Positions 49,433 to 59,657 are shown, counted from the stretch's first letter. The stretch: DNA of 64,000 nucleotides from Candidatus Dadabacteria bacterium (GCA_963805855.1 CAWDVW010000006.1:32001-96000); one strand, 5' to 3'. Translations and numbers: made by a program. The notes: generated by a model not told the origin, from the letters alone.

Positions 49433-50743
49433 TCATATCAGGTAACTCTGAAATATTACGGCAAAGCTAAGAAACACGAAGAACCCAACAACATCTGTGA
49501 CCGTGGTCAATATGATGCTGGAGGACTGAGCTGGGTCCAGACCAAATGTCTTCATCGTAATAGGGATTATTGCGCCCGCTAATCCGGCTACGATCAGCGT
49601 AACAATCATGGCAAGACCAATAACTAAACCAAGATAAGGGTTTCCCTTCCATAGCCAAGAGATTAATGCCGTGACAAACCCAATTATTAGTCCATTGAAT
49701 ATTCCGATCTTTGCTTCTTTTATGAGTAGCGTAGGCACATTGTTTGGTGAAATTTCCCTCATGACAAGACCCCTCATCACAACAGCGAGGGATTGAAGAC
49801 CGGCATTCCCACCTTGTCCCGCGATTACGGGAAGAAACACAGCCAGGACTGCCATCTTCGCGATTGTGCCCTGGAAAAGAGAGACCACCGAGCCTGCCAA
49901 AAAAGCTGTTGCAAGATTGATATGAAGCCATGGCAATCGCTTTTTAAGCGAGAACCATATCGACGAATATGCTCGCTCATTCCCGCCCGCTCCGAACATC
50001 TTCTGTATATCTTCTGTAGCCTCCTGCTGCACATGGCTAAGCAATTGATCTGATTTAACAATTCCCAGCAATTTATTCTCATTATCCACCACCGGGGCGC
50101 CAAAGTACCTTCTAGATGAAAGCTGATCGGCTACTTCCTCGCGGTCGGTAAATGCATTTATAGTAAATACGTCCTTTATCATTACCGATTCAAGCCTTGC
50201 CTCTGGGGATGCTAACAGGAGGTCGCGCATATTCAAGACGCCGACCAGGCGATTCTGGTTGTCTATGACGTACACATATGATGAGGTCTGTTTTTGGAAA
50301 GTTAATGATCGTATTCTTTGTATAGCATCTTTGACCTTTATACCCGTGTGAAAGGCTATAAAGTTGGTTGTCATAATACTTCCGGCGCTGTCTACGGGGA
50401 ATATCAGGAGCTCTTGAATCATGTTTCTGGTTTTATTTGATAGGCATTCCAAAAGCCTTTTCCGTATGTCTTCAGGAATGTTCACTATGATAGCTGCTCC
50501 CTGTTCTGGGCTCAGGTTCTCAACAATTTCCTTAAATGTATTAGTTGGAATTTCCTTCAGTAAAGCTGCAGCATAATTAACTTGGAGATTGCTGAAGATC
50601 TTTATTGAGACTGACGGTGGAAGATTTTTTAAAATTTCAATTGCTTCATCTTCGTCCATCGTTTCGAGTGCGCGAGTCGCTGTAAGCGGATCATATTCAA
50701 AAAATTTTTGAACATATGGTAGTAAGGGACTGTTTCCATTCAT
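49433..50743 (-). CDS. mgtE: Magnesium transporter MgtE
   Basis: N-domain, CBS pair, KRLPWL, GQGGNAGLQ, LDPAQSS...TTVTD. Confidence 0.93.
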   Translation of the reverse strand: MNGNSPLLPYVQKFFEYDPLTATRALETMDEDEAIEILKNLPPSVSIKIFSNLQVNYAAALLKEIPTNTFKEIVENLSPEQGAAIIVNIPEDIRKRLLECLSNKTRNMIQELLIFPVDSAGSIMTTNFIAFHTGIKVKDAIQRIRSLTFQKQTSSYVYVIDNQNRLVGVLNMRDLLLASPEARLESVMIKDVFTINAFTDREEVADQLSSRRYFGAPVVDNENKLLGIVKSDQLLSHVQQEATEDIQKMFGAGGNERAYSSIWFSLKKRLPWLHINLATAFLAGSVVSLFQGTIAKMAVLAVFLPVIAGQGGNAGLQSLAVVMRGLVMREISPNNVPTLLIKEAKIGIFNGLIIGFVTALISWLWKGNPYLGLVIGLAMIVTLIVAGLAGAIIPITMKTFGLDPAQSSSIILTTVTDVVGFFVFLSFAVIFQSYLI

Positions 50744-50793
50744 AATCTCAACACCTCCAACTTACCGCCAAAGGTCCAATCAGCTGATCTCAA

Positions 50794-51996
50794 TCAATCA
50801 GTGATTTTGTCTACTTTTATTTTTACCCTTGGTGGTTCTATTTTTTCTACTGTGAGGCCTTTTGGGAAATTAATGTTAGAGTCTGATATAGTTACGGTTT
50901 TGAGCCCGGCGGTGACATTAGGTAGATTCAGTATCAAGGAAATTTCACTATCACTTGTGAGAAAGAAGGATCGCCTGGGACCTAAAAATGTTACCTTGAC
51001 CTCCTTGGGTTCTACTTCGGAAATTTTATATTTCGATTGTAACGGAGCGGTCTGAATTGGCACCAGAAATGATTCATATTCCAATCCAGACCCATATACG
51101 AGTACAAACCAGAGTGCGACGGTCAAAATAACGGCTATAACCTTTTCTTTAAAATTTTTCACCAAGAAGTCATTCAACACTGCAGTCTTGCTAGGCGGAT
51201 GTATGTCTTCATAAAATTTGTGAAGAATAAGGCTTAATTGCTCGAAACCTACCTGCTTCAGAATTCCATTACGAGCTACAGAGATTATCCCTTGCTCTTC
51301 CGAAACGACCAAACATAGTGCATCGGTGAATTCTGATAAACCTAAGGCTGCGGCATGTCTAGTACCATGATAACGTAGCTGTTGAAAATTCCTTGATAGG
51401 GGTAGATGAACAGCAAACATCGTAATTTTTCCATTCTCTATGATGACTGCACCGTCATGACCTATTGAATGAGGGTCAAAAATGCTCTTCAAGAGCGGTT
51501 CGCTTAAGTCGCCGTTTAATTCAACTCCGCCTTCAAGGTGCAAATCTATTATATCCCTTCCTGGAAGAACTATTAGTGCTCCTACTCTATTATTGGCAAA
51601 ATCACTAAGGGTTTTCAGCAATATCTGCACGTCTCCTGGATAGTCTTTGGATTTTGAGCCCTTATTAAATGTTGGGTTTAACCCCAAAACAGCTATCCTT
51701 TCAAAAAGCCGTCTTAGCTCTTCTTGAAAAATCACAATTACAGCTATTATGATTACGGCGAAAAAACCTTGAAGAACTGAATAAGTCAGGACTAGATTGA
51801 ACTGACGGGCGAGAAGGTATATTATGCTTATTATGATTATTCCGGAAAGTACAAATCCTGCCCTTGTTTTTTTAAACCAAAGGAGAACCGAATAAATTAG
51901 TAGCGACATAAAAGCTATATCGAAAGACCCTGCGAAACCTATTTGTTTAAAAAACGCTATTAAAAATTCGAAAAATTTATAAATCTCTTCTTTCAT
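50794..51996 (-). CDS. Diadenylate cyclase (CdaA-like) fused to a YbbR/CdaR-like domain
   Basis: Three N-terminal TMs, FQEELRR, HDGA, GTRHAAA, VVSEE; extra TM plus beta-rich C-terminus. Confidence 0.85.
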   Translation of the reverse strand: MKEEIYKFFEFLIAFFKQIGFAGSFDIAFMSLLIYSVLLWFKKTRAGFVLSGIIIISIIYLLARQFNLVLTYSVLQGFFAVIIIAVIVIFQEELRRLFERIAVLGLNPTFNKGSKSKDYPGDVQILLKTLSDFANNRVGALIVLPGRDIIDLHLEGGVELNGDLSEPLLKSIFDPHSIGHDGAVIIENGKITMFAVHLPLSRNFQQLRYHGTRHAAALGLSEFTDALCLVVSEEQGIISVARNGILKQVGFEQLSLILHKFYEDIHPPSKTAVLNDFLVKNFKEKVIAVILTVALWFVLVYGSGLEYESFLVPIQTAPLQSKYKISEVEPKEVKVTFLGPRRSFFLTSDSEISLILNLPNVTAGLKTVTISDSNINFPKGLTVEKIEPPRVKIKVDKITD

Positions 51997-52379
51997 TTCA
52001 GTTTAGATGATTAATGATTGTCTTTACTCATTCAGGATCCTGCAAAATTATACTATTTAGGACCGGTTATATTCCTGCCGTGAATTAAATATTCATTATA
52101 ACCGTTAGCTAAAAATAATTAATAGTGTTACCGGTGCTGTTAAAAGCCGGCGTATTGTTCCTCATTTCCCACATTAGTCCCCGAACTTATTGCTTTTTTA
52201 AGCCTGCTATCGAGCCCTACATAACCGCTTAAATCGCGTTTGATTTATTTACCAGTATTTACATTTTCATCTTAATGTGTATTAAATTAATGGAGAAAAT
52301 AATCCGCAAGTACATCTTCTGAGATGTGCTTTTGGCATAGATTTCAATAGCGATATCGGAAAATTAGAGGAAATCAGGT

Positions 52380-52913
52380 ATGGCAAGTTCGCCCTCGAAC
52401 CAAGTGAAGGAAGATATGATTGTAACAGTGATGATTGAAATACCGAAGGGGAGTAGGAATAAGTATGAGTATGACGTAAATAATAAGGTGATCAAGCTGG
52501 ACAGGATGCTGTTTTCGTCTGTCCATTATCCCAGCGATTACGGATTTATCGTGAATACCCTGGGTACGGATGGAGATCCGCTCGATTCATTGGTATTGGT
52601 ATGGGAGCCTACTTTTCCCGGCTGCATAATCGAGGCAAAGCCTGTTGGGCTCTTCAGGATGTGGGATGAGAAGGGACCAGACGAAAAAATCCTTTGTGTA
52701 CCGGTTTCAGATCCGAATTGGAACTACATAAAAGAGCTTTCGGACATTCCTCCGCATCTTTTGAAGGAGATTGAGCATTTCTTTACTATTTACAAAGAAT
52801 TGGAGAAAAAGAAGACAGGGGTGGAGGGCTGGGAAGATCGTGAATCGGCAATAAAAATAATTAAAGAAGCTCAAGAGAGATACATCAAAGAGGGCAAGAG
52901 ATTTACGTTGTAG
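52380..52913 (+). CDS. ppa: Inorganic pyrophosphatase, family I
   Basis: EIPKGSRNKYEYD, YPSDYG, DGDPLD, DEKGPDEK, HFFTIYK. Confidence 0.96.
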   Translation: MASSPSNQVKEDMIVTVMIEIPKGSRNKYEYDVNNKVIKLDRMLFSSVHYPSDYGFIVNTLGTDGDPLDSLVLVWEPTFPGCIIEAKPVGLFRMWDEKGPDEKILCVPVSDPNWNYIKELSDIPPHLLKEIEHFFTIYKELEKKKTGVEGWEDRESAIKIIKEAQERYIKEGKRFTL

Positions 52914-52919
52914 ATATGA

Positions 52920-52955
52920 CATGATGCAGGATTCAGGATGCACGATTCAAGATGT
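52920..52955 (+). repeat. Heptamer array (ANGATKC) downstream of the four-helix-bundle gene
   Basis: ATGATGC AGGATTC AGGATGC ACGATTC AAGATGT. Confidence 0.8.
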
Positions 52956-53330
52956 TCGATGACCTTTTATGACTGCTTCTCTAAAATTAAATAGTTTCGC
53001 TCCCAATTCTTCGTACCTATCAAAGAGATTTTCAAACAGTTCTTTATTGAGGGAGCCTGTTTCGTGAAGTATCTCCAGATGCACTTTGGTTTCGTCACAG
53101 GAAGCAATAGAATATGTTAAAAACTGTATGAATTCATTTTTATATCTTCTTCTACCAAATCCCTCGGCCAAATTAGAAACTACCGATTTTGAAGATCGCC
53201 TTATTTGACTACCCTCTTCGTACATTTCCAATCTTGGTAAATCTTCAACTGTCAATGCATGGATCGTAATTGATAGCTCTTTTGAGAGTAGATATACATC
53301 AAGGTCTTTGAATGATTTTGGTCTTTTCAT
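52947..53330 (-). CDS. Four helix bundle protein (23S rRNA IVP / TIGR02436, Avd-like fold)
   Basis: [40 protein letters not shown]. Confidence 0.9.
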   Translation of the reverse strand: MKRPKSFKDLDVYLLSKELSITIHALTVEDLPRLEMYEEGSQIRRSSKSVVSNLAEGFGRRRYKNEFIQFLTYSIASCDETKVHLEILHETGSLNKELFENLFDRYEELGAKLFNFREAVIKGHRTS

Positions 53331-53419
53331 TATCTACGATTCAGGCACAGGGATTCAACTTGAAGTGATCATAATGTCCCCAGCAAATTATATATCCATT
53401 ATCACACATGTGTTGCCTT

Positions 53420-53475
53420 CATCATGCATCCTGAATCCTGCATCATGCATCATGGATCGTGCATCCTGCATCATT
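53420..53475 (-). repeat. Heptamer array upstream of the four-helix-bundle gene, inverted relative to 52920-52955
   Basis: CATCATG CATCCTG AATCCTG CATCATG CATCATG GATCGTG CATCCTG CATCATT. Confidence 0.8.
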
Positions 53476-54766
53476 CCACAAGCTCTGGGTGCCAAAGCAT
53501 GAAGTGGTTCTTATGTATGTCGGTGTAAGCACCTTCAGTATAGTATTTATCATAAAATTCAAGATCCAGGTGATGTGCCTGAAAGACAAGTCTTACAAAC
53601 ATGGGATCAAGAAATGCAGGAAATCTCCCGTAGTTTTCGTAGACATAGCTACAGAAGTCTTTGACGATCTCGATCCTCTCGTCTGATGGGTGGTATTCAT
53701 CTTCAAGGACCCCCTTTGGGTCTTGATATGGGTAGGGATTTTCTTCTTTCCAGAATTCACCTCTTACCTTTAGAAATTTATCAACAGCCTCTCTCATGTC
53801 CTTGACATAGGGCGGGCAAAGCGCTTCGAAGAGACCGTCCCTTCCAACAGGAATAGGACTTGGTATGCTCCGGAGGGTTTTCTCGGGCTTTACGAATCGA
53901 AACCCCAGCCCTTTGTAGGAAGGGTCCAATCCGAGGGCGTAGTGAGGGAGTAGTCCTGTAAATGCCCATCCGCCAAGTCCTAGTGACTGGAGGGCGAGGT
54001 TCATATTCTGACAAATAAAGGCCTGTTCGACATTTAGCGTCGTCAGTACCCTGAGTTCCAGGTCGAATAGGGACATCCTCACATCGTTTCTTATATAACC
54101 CTTTTTGATCCATTTATCCAAGCCGCAGGACCGCCCACCATTTAACTCGTCAATTATGTTAAACCCATATTTAGCGCCAAAGTAGATGAAGAGGAGTACC
54201 ATGTATTCAACCGTTATGTTTGTGACCGGTACGAAGAATGTCGTTCCGGGTTTATTCGTATTCCAGGCGTTGAAATCAAAAAGCCCCGGTTCGCCTTTTG
54301 GTAGTTCTGCTCTTCCATCCTGAAGCTTTATCTGGCTTTTCCTAAAAAGCTGAAGTACCTTCGCCAGTTTTTCCTCCTCCGATTTTCCCGGGAAAATAGA
54401 CGTCTCACCAGGGTCGGGCATGAGGTTAAAAAGTTTTATCATGTAAACCCCATTATCGTTTGTATAAAAGAGCTCAGTCGAGTGGGAGTTACATGAACAA
54501 GGCCAGGAGCGTCCTGTCCATTGAAATAGCCAGGAGATTCCGGTTCGTGGGAGGTCTCCGAGTGAAAGTCCCGTCAAACCGGTGCCCGCCCAAATTAGAA
54601 AGGCCTCCTCCAGTTCTGTGAGGGGTATCGGTTCAAACCTAGATTTATGTTTCAGCGTTCCGTCCTTTATCTCCATACCGAGTCCAAACCTTCTCGACCG
54701 CCTTGTAAATATCGAGTCGAGAAGACCGAAGTTCAATGCGACATTAAGCCCTTCAGGAATGTTCAT
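53471..54766 (-). CDS. Hypothetical protein, possibly nitroreductase-like flavoprotein
   Basis: 431-aa ORF with AGGAG RBS; IFTRRSRRF and QNMNLALQSLGLGGW resemble nitroreductase motifs. Confidence 0.6.
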   Translation of the reverse strand: MNIPEGLNVALNFGLLDSIFTRRSRRFGLGMEIKDGTLKHKSRFEPIPLTELEEAFLIWAGTGLTGLSLGDLPRTGISWLFQWTGRSWPCSCNSHSTELFYTNDNGVYMIKLFNLMPDPGETSIFPGKSEEEKLAKVLQLFRKSQIKLQDGRAELPKGEPGLFDFNAWNTNKPGTTFFVPVTNITVEYMVLLFIYFGAKYGFNIIDELNGGRSCGLDKWIKKGYIRNDVRMSLFDLELRVLTTLNVEQAFICQNMNLALQSLGLGGWAFTGLLPHYALGLDPSYKGLGFRFVKPEKTLRSIPSPIPVGRDGLFEALCPPYVKDMREAVDKFLKVRGEFWKEENPYPYQDPKGVLEDEYHPSDERIEIVKDFCSYVYENYGRFPAFLDPMFVRLVFQAHHLDLEFYDKYYTEGAYTDIHKNHFMLWHPELVE

Positions 54767-54797
54767 GGTGTATCTCCTCCCAATCGCTGTTTTAAAA

Positions 54798-55844
54798 TTA
54801 CCTAAAAAATGGAATCACTCGCTCTGTTAAAACCTTGTAACTCCAATCGGGATCTGCGCTGAAGTTGTGGATGAGAAAATGGTTAACTCCGGCATCGATG
54901 TATTCCTCGATTCTTTTTATGCAATCCTCTGCGGACCCTGAAAGCGTAAAATCAAATACTGACTCCTTAGAAAAATACTTTCCTAAATCTGCTAGTTTTT
55001 TCTTAGAAATTTCATCAGTGGTAACCACATCCATGTAGCTGAAGCCTTTAAATTCTTCTGGTAGCTTTACATTGTAGGCTTCTTCGTAAAGCTCTGACCA
55101 AATTAATGTATGTCTCAAGTGTTCTAAGGGTTTAAATGCCGACTCTTTATCATTGGCGATTGAAATGAAGATGTACAGGCATTTATCAAAATGATTTAGG
55201 TTTTTCCCGGAACTTACTCTCCGCTGCTCCACCTGTTTTCGCCTTTTGGAAAACAGGACGGGGGGTTGGGGGAGGGTTATCCAACCGTCGCCCATCTCGG
55301 CCGCGACTCGTAGACTTCTTTCACGGTGTGCTGCTATGTAGATAGGAACCTTCCCTCTTGTTGGCTTCGAACCGAGAATGGCTTTTTCAAATCTGAAGAA
55401 TTCACCTTCAAAGTCGAAAGGCTTCTCCTTTTCCCAGAGCATTCTAATAAGTTTGATTGACTCAACCATGCGTGACAATGGCTTATCCCACTTGATGCCA
55501 AAAGGGTCGAGATTCATCGCCTCTCCGAGCCCAAGCCCCAGGATGAACCTTCCATCTGTCAAATGATCTATTGTCGCAAGACGCTGAGCAAGCACGGCGG
55601 GGTGGTATTTATGTGCATCTGAAATAGAGCCCATTTGTATTTTTCTTGTCGTCAGAGCCGCGGCAGTAATTGTGGATAACACATCGTAGGCGACCGGTCT
55701 CATAAAGACCATATGATCTCCAGCCCAGAAGCTGTCAAATTCTGCCCCCTCTGCACGCACAATAAAATCGAGAAGCCTTTTCGGGTTTTCTCCGGCAGGT
55801 GCCACAATGCCAAACTTTATTCTATTCATGCGGTCGGATCTCAC
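54798..55844 (-). CDS. LLM-class flavin (possibly F420)-dependent oxidoreductase
   Basis: FDSFWAGDH, HPAVLAQRLATIDHLTDGRFILGLG, PIYIAA, GDGW. Confidence 0.88.
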   Translation of the reverse strand: MRSDRMNRIKFGIVAPAGENPKRLLDFIVRAEGAEFDSFWAGDHMVFMRPVAYDVLSTITAAALTTRKIQMGSISDAHKYHPAVLAQRLATIDHLTDGRFILGLGLGEAMNLDPFGIKWDKPLSRMVESIKLIRMLWEKEKPFDFEGEFFRFEKAILGSKPTRGKVPIYIAAHRERSLRVAAEMGDGWITLPQPPVLFSKRRKQVEQRRVSSGKNLNHFDKCLYIFISIANDKESAFKPLEHLRHTLIWSELYEEAYNVKLPEEFKGFSYMDVVTTDEISKKKLADLGKYFSKESVFDFTLSGSAEDCIKRIEEYIDAGVNHFLIHNFSADPDWSYKVLTERVIPFFR

Positions 55845-56029
55845 TGATCTATATTATAACTATGGGAAGATACTTGCAATGAAGCAAGGACCATATTTGT
55901 TCGATCTTGAATATCTCGCGCCGTATTATCATTCATTTAACACGGCTAAGCCACCAGTCCCTGTCCCGCCAAAACGGGTAGCCCACCAGTCTTGCTGGTG
56001 GGACGGTCAATTGGCACGGGCAAGTCTGC

Positions 56030-56132
56030 CCTGAGCAATGCCGAAGGGACTCGTGACCTCCCCAAGGACCCCAATTGTTACGAGCAACCTGTCTACGGCC
56101 CTTCGTCTGAACTCACTACAATTTGGTCGAGG
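56030..56132. repeat. Degenerate CCTGAGC...CGAAGGG-type palindromes
   Basis: CCCTGAGCAATGCCGAAGGGACTCGTGACC resembles 31800-31820 and 59520-59557. Confidence 0.45.
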
Positions 56133-56226
56133 GAGAATCGAATTATTAGTTTGAATGATTGTTCGAGAGACTAATTTTAAGTTAGAAAGAATGGAGAATC
56201 CGTTTCCAAAAATTTGAAATTCAGGA

Positions 56227-56673
56227 TTATTTGTTTCGACAATCGGAACAGATTCCGTTGAGTTGGATTGTATATCCGACCAGCTTATACTCCAGTAAGG
56301 CCTTTTGGGGAATGGTTAGATTCGCGAGTGAATCATCATAAAAGTCCTCTACCTTCTTACACACGACGCATACCAGGTGATGGTGGGGTTCTAAATTTGC
56401 GTCGTATCGGGCGGCATTGTAAAGAACGTTTACGACGGAGACCAAGCCTAATTTCTCAAAAGTCTCAAGCGTCCTATAAACAGTGGTCAGTGAAATATTT
56501 GGGTAATATTTCAAGATCTTTTTATAAATGGTTTCGGTGCTGGGATGTTCATCGGTGTCTGCAAGTTCTTTATAGATTGCAATTCTCTGCGGAGTAACCT
56601 TGATCCCGAGTTTTTTACATCGGTTAATAAATGAAGTTACCTTTTCTTCAGCTAGCCCGATTTCTTGTTGCAT
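56227..56673 (-). CDS. perR: Fur-family regulator, PerR-like
   Basis: TPQR, HPS, TVYRTL, RYDAN..HHHLVCVVC..VED, CSDC. Confidence 0.8.
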   Translation of the reverse strand: MQQEIGLAEEKVTSFINRCKKLGIKVTPQRIAIYKELADTDEHPSTETIYKKILKYYPNISLTTVYRTLETFEKLGLVSVVNVLYNAARYDANLEPHHHLVCVVCKKVEDFYDDSLANLTIPQKALLEYKLVGYTIQLNGICSDCRNK

Positions 56674-56904
56674 ATGAGTAATTATATAAAATTTTAATTA
56701 AAATTATAAAAAATGCTAGTCCAAAGAAAATGTTATCGCTAAAAAGGTACAGAAGTGGTTTATTTGATGTTTAAATTATAAAGAATATATTTACCTGAAT
56801 CTTCTTGCTTCTAAGAGGTATAAACATAGCATCTTAGGTTCGATTAAACTTTTATCGATGCCTCTCGTTGGAAGCAGGAATCCGTATTCGTTGATGCATC
56901 AAAT

Positions 56905-57546
56905 ATGAAGGTTCTCGAGGCGTTGAAGAAATATAAGGTGGTTTCGGTGATACGAGCCGAGGATGCTATAAGGGCTAGGGAGATGGCAGAGGCATGTATC
57001 TGCGGAGGCATAAAGCTTATTGAGATCACCTTTTCTTTTCCCAATGTCGAAGATCTTTTGGCGGACCTAGCGGCGAAAAAAGACTGCCTAATTGGAGCGG
57101 GAACGGTTCTAAGCCGGGAAATGGCCGAGATAGCCGTTGAATCTGGGGCAAAGTTCATAGTTTCCCCACATACCGATGGGAAGATAGTTTCTTATGTTAA
57201 ATCGAGAGATATAGTCGCAATAGCGGGCGCCCTCACTTCATCGGAGATAGTGAATGCATGGAAGCTCGGCGCGGACATGGTAAAGATATTCCCGATCAAA
57301 TCCATTGGAGGCCCTTCCTACGTAAAGGCGATAAAGGAAACGCTGCCATTTATTGAAATAATGACCACGGGTGGAGTAACGGTTGAGAACTTCACTGATT
57401 TTTTAAATGCGGGTGCTACAATTGTGGGTCTATCGAGTGACTTGATTGGCAGGGATGGTTTTTTTGATAGGGAAGCAACGTTTAGTAGGTCAAAGACCGT
57501 TATTGAAAAATTGACGATGAATGCTGAGGGCACTGGAGGTGGTTGA
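56905..57546 (+). CDS. eda: KDPG/KHG aldolase
   Basis: IEIT, IGAGTV, FIVSP, VKIFP, TTGGV. Confidence 0.9.
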   Translation: MKVLEALKKYKVVSVIRAEDAIRAREMAEACICGGIKLIEITFSFPNVEDLLADLAAKKDCLIGAGTVLSREMAEIAVESGAKFIVSPHTDGKIVSYVKSRDIVAIAGALTSSEIVNAWKLGADMVKIFPIKSIGGPSYVKAIKETLPFIEIMTTGGVTVENFTDFLNAGATIVGLSSDLIGRDGFFDREATFSRSKTVIEKLTMNAEGTGGG

Positions 57547-57680
57547 ACGATTATTTTAAGTTACCTCCAGGTTGTATTCTGAAATTCTATGAAAAATCAG
57601 GTCAATTTGTGTTTTTACAACCTATGCTCTGTTATATGGATTGTGTTTCCCCGAAAACACCGGTGGAGGGGTAAAACAAT

Positions 57681-59174
57681 TTGAACATTCTTTTTATCTC
57701 ACCTGAAATGGAACCTATCGCCAAGGTGGGCGGCCTTGCCGATGTTATAGGGGCTTTGCCAAGAAAGCTGATAGATTTGGGGTGCGATGTTAGGGTGGTC
57801 ATCCCCTTTTATCGAGATGCCAGGGAAAATATAAAGAGCTTGAAGCTGAGATCTAATCGTTTGAAGGAAGAGATTATTACTTGTATTGACTGGCTTCCTG
57901 TCAAAGGAGAAGTACATGAAATAACGATACATGGGGTGACGGTCTATTTACTTAGAAATGATGCACTTTATGACCGCGAACATATTTACACCGCAACTGA
58001 AGGCGATTATGACGATAATGATTTGAGGTTTGGCTTCCTGTCTTTGGGAGCGCTTGAAATAGCCAAAACACTTAATTTCAGGCCCGACATCATTCACTGT
58101 CACGATTGGCAGACCTCCCTTGTCCCCATCTGTCTTAAATGGAGGAAGCGTCTGAAGGACGATCCTTTTTTCAGGGACTCGAAAATAATTTTTACTATCC
58201 ATAACCTTGCTTTCCAGGGGCAATTTAATAAAGACATTCTGGACAAATTTGGGTTGCCTTGGTTTTTATACACCCCTCATGGCATCGAGTTTTATGGCAA
58301 GGTTAATCTTTTAAAGGGTGGGATCACATATTCGGACTGTGTAACCACTGTTAGTCAAACCTATGCTGAGGAGATAAAAACAGCACAATATGGATATGGA
58401 TTGGATGGTATTCTCAGGTCTATATCTCAGGACTCAAATAATGTGATCGGCATTCTGAACGGCATCGATTACGACGAATGGAATCCCCAAACAGATCGAG
58501 CCCTTTATAGAAATTACGATGTGTCACAGATAGGCGGCAAGTCTATAAATAAGACCGAGCTCATAAAGGAAGTCGGACTTACGCCGAAGGATGATCAGCC
58601 CCTCCTCGGAATCGTTTCGAGACTAACTGAACAGAAGGGGACAGACCTGATCGTTGATTCCCTGGCTCAGATTTTTGACCTTGGATATCAGGTGGTAATA
58701 CTTGGAGATGGCGAAGAAAGGTATGAGAGGATGCTTGTAGCCGCACGAAATAGATTCAAAAACAGCTTGTCGGTTGTCTTGGGGTTTAATGACGAATTGG
58801 CCAGAAAAATATATGCAGGGTGTGATTTTTTCCTGATGCCGTCACGATACGAACCGTGTGGCCTTGGACAACTTATTGCCTTGAGATATGGGAGTATTCC
58901 GATTGTAAGAGGGACAGGCGGACTGGCTGATACGGTGGTAGACTATACTGCCTCGAAGGAAAAGGGCAATGGATTTGTTTTTTACGAATTTTCCAAGGTT
59001 AGTTTCCTTGATGCTCTCATCAGGGCTCTTTCTGTATATGATAATAAGGCTGAGCTGGAAGAGATTATTCAAAGGGCGATGAACCAAGACTTCTCGTGGA
59101 AAAGGTCAAGCCAATTATACTATGATCTCTACCAAAGCGTTATTAAGACTGAGAGAAAGGGTAGGGACAGGTAG
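57681..59174 (+). CDS. glgA: Glycogen synthase
   Basis: KVGGLADV, HCHDWQT, TIHNLAFQG, SRLTEQKG, PSRYEPCGL, TGGLADTV. Confidence 0.95.
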   Translation: MNILFISPEMEPIAKVGGLADVIGALPRKLIDLGCDVRVVIPFYRDARENIKSLKLRSNRLKEEIITCIDWLPVKGEVHEITIHGVTVYLLRNDALYDREHIYTATEGDYDDNDLRFGFLSLGALEIAKTLNFRPDIIHCHDWQTSLVPICLKWRKRLKDDPFFRDSKIIFTIHNLAFQGQFNKDILDKFGLPWFLYTPHGIEFYGKVNLLKGGITYSDCVTTVSQTYAEEIKTAQYGYGLDGILRSISQDSNNVIGILNGIDYDEWNPQTDRALYRNYDVSQIGGKSINKTELIKEVGLTPKDDQPLLGIVSRLTEQKGTDLIVDSLAQIFDLGYQVVILGDGEERYERMLVAARNRFKNSLSVVLGFNDELARKIYAGCDFFLMPSRYEPCGLGQLIALRYGSIPIVRGTGGLADTVVDYTASKEKGNGFVFYEFSKVSFLDALIRALSVYDNKAELEEIIQRAMNQDFSWKRSSQLYYDLYQSVIKTERKGRDR

Positions 59175-59429
59175 AAGGATTTGAAGGTCTTGATCAGATA
59201 TTTGGTCGGTTAAGTTTTTACATTAATTGATTCGATTATTTTGGTACGTAGATGGGGAATCTACGTAAAAGTTAATTTGCTAATGTCTAGCAGGTTGTTA
59301 TAAGGGTTTCTGCTGTTTGCTGTAGATGTTAGATACCGGGACAATAAGCTTAATGCATCAAAAATGCCAATCAATTCCGGAAGCGTTAAGAAAGATTGGG
59401 TTGTGGTTGGATTAGATATTTTAGTCGTT

Positions 59430-59657
59430 ATGTCATCCCCGAGATTTTGTCGGGGATCCAGAAATAAAGGCATGGATTCTCGCTTACGATCCGCGGGAAT
59501 GACAATACGGGACGGTCTTGTTCTGAGTCCTGAGTTCCATCGAAGGATCGAAGGGTTGTTCCTTGTATCAAGACAAAGAAAATAAAAAATTAACCGATGG
59601 ATCCCCGATTAAGCTTGTCCCCGCATGTAGCTGGCGGGGAACATTCGAGGATGACGG
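59430..59657. repeat. TGTCAT...ATGAC-type palindromic repeats
   Basis: TGTCATCCCCGAG..GTCGGGGATCCA...TGGATTCTCGC..GCGGGAATGACA and TGGATCCCCGATTAA...CATTCGAGGATGAC; similar to 32080-32165. Confidence 0.6.

Noticed and set aside
52947-53330. Diversity-generating retroelement
   Set aside because: Avd-like fold only; no reverse transcriptase or TR/VR pair seen
53308-53502. 64-aa ORF containing SCILNPASCIMDRASCI
   Set aside because: Translation of the heptamer array; no RBS
59364-59585. 73-aa ORF (MDSRLRSAGMT-like)
   Set aside because: Translation of a palindromic repeat
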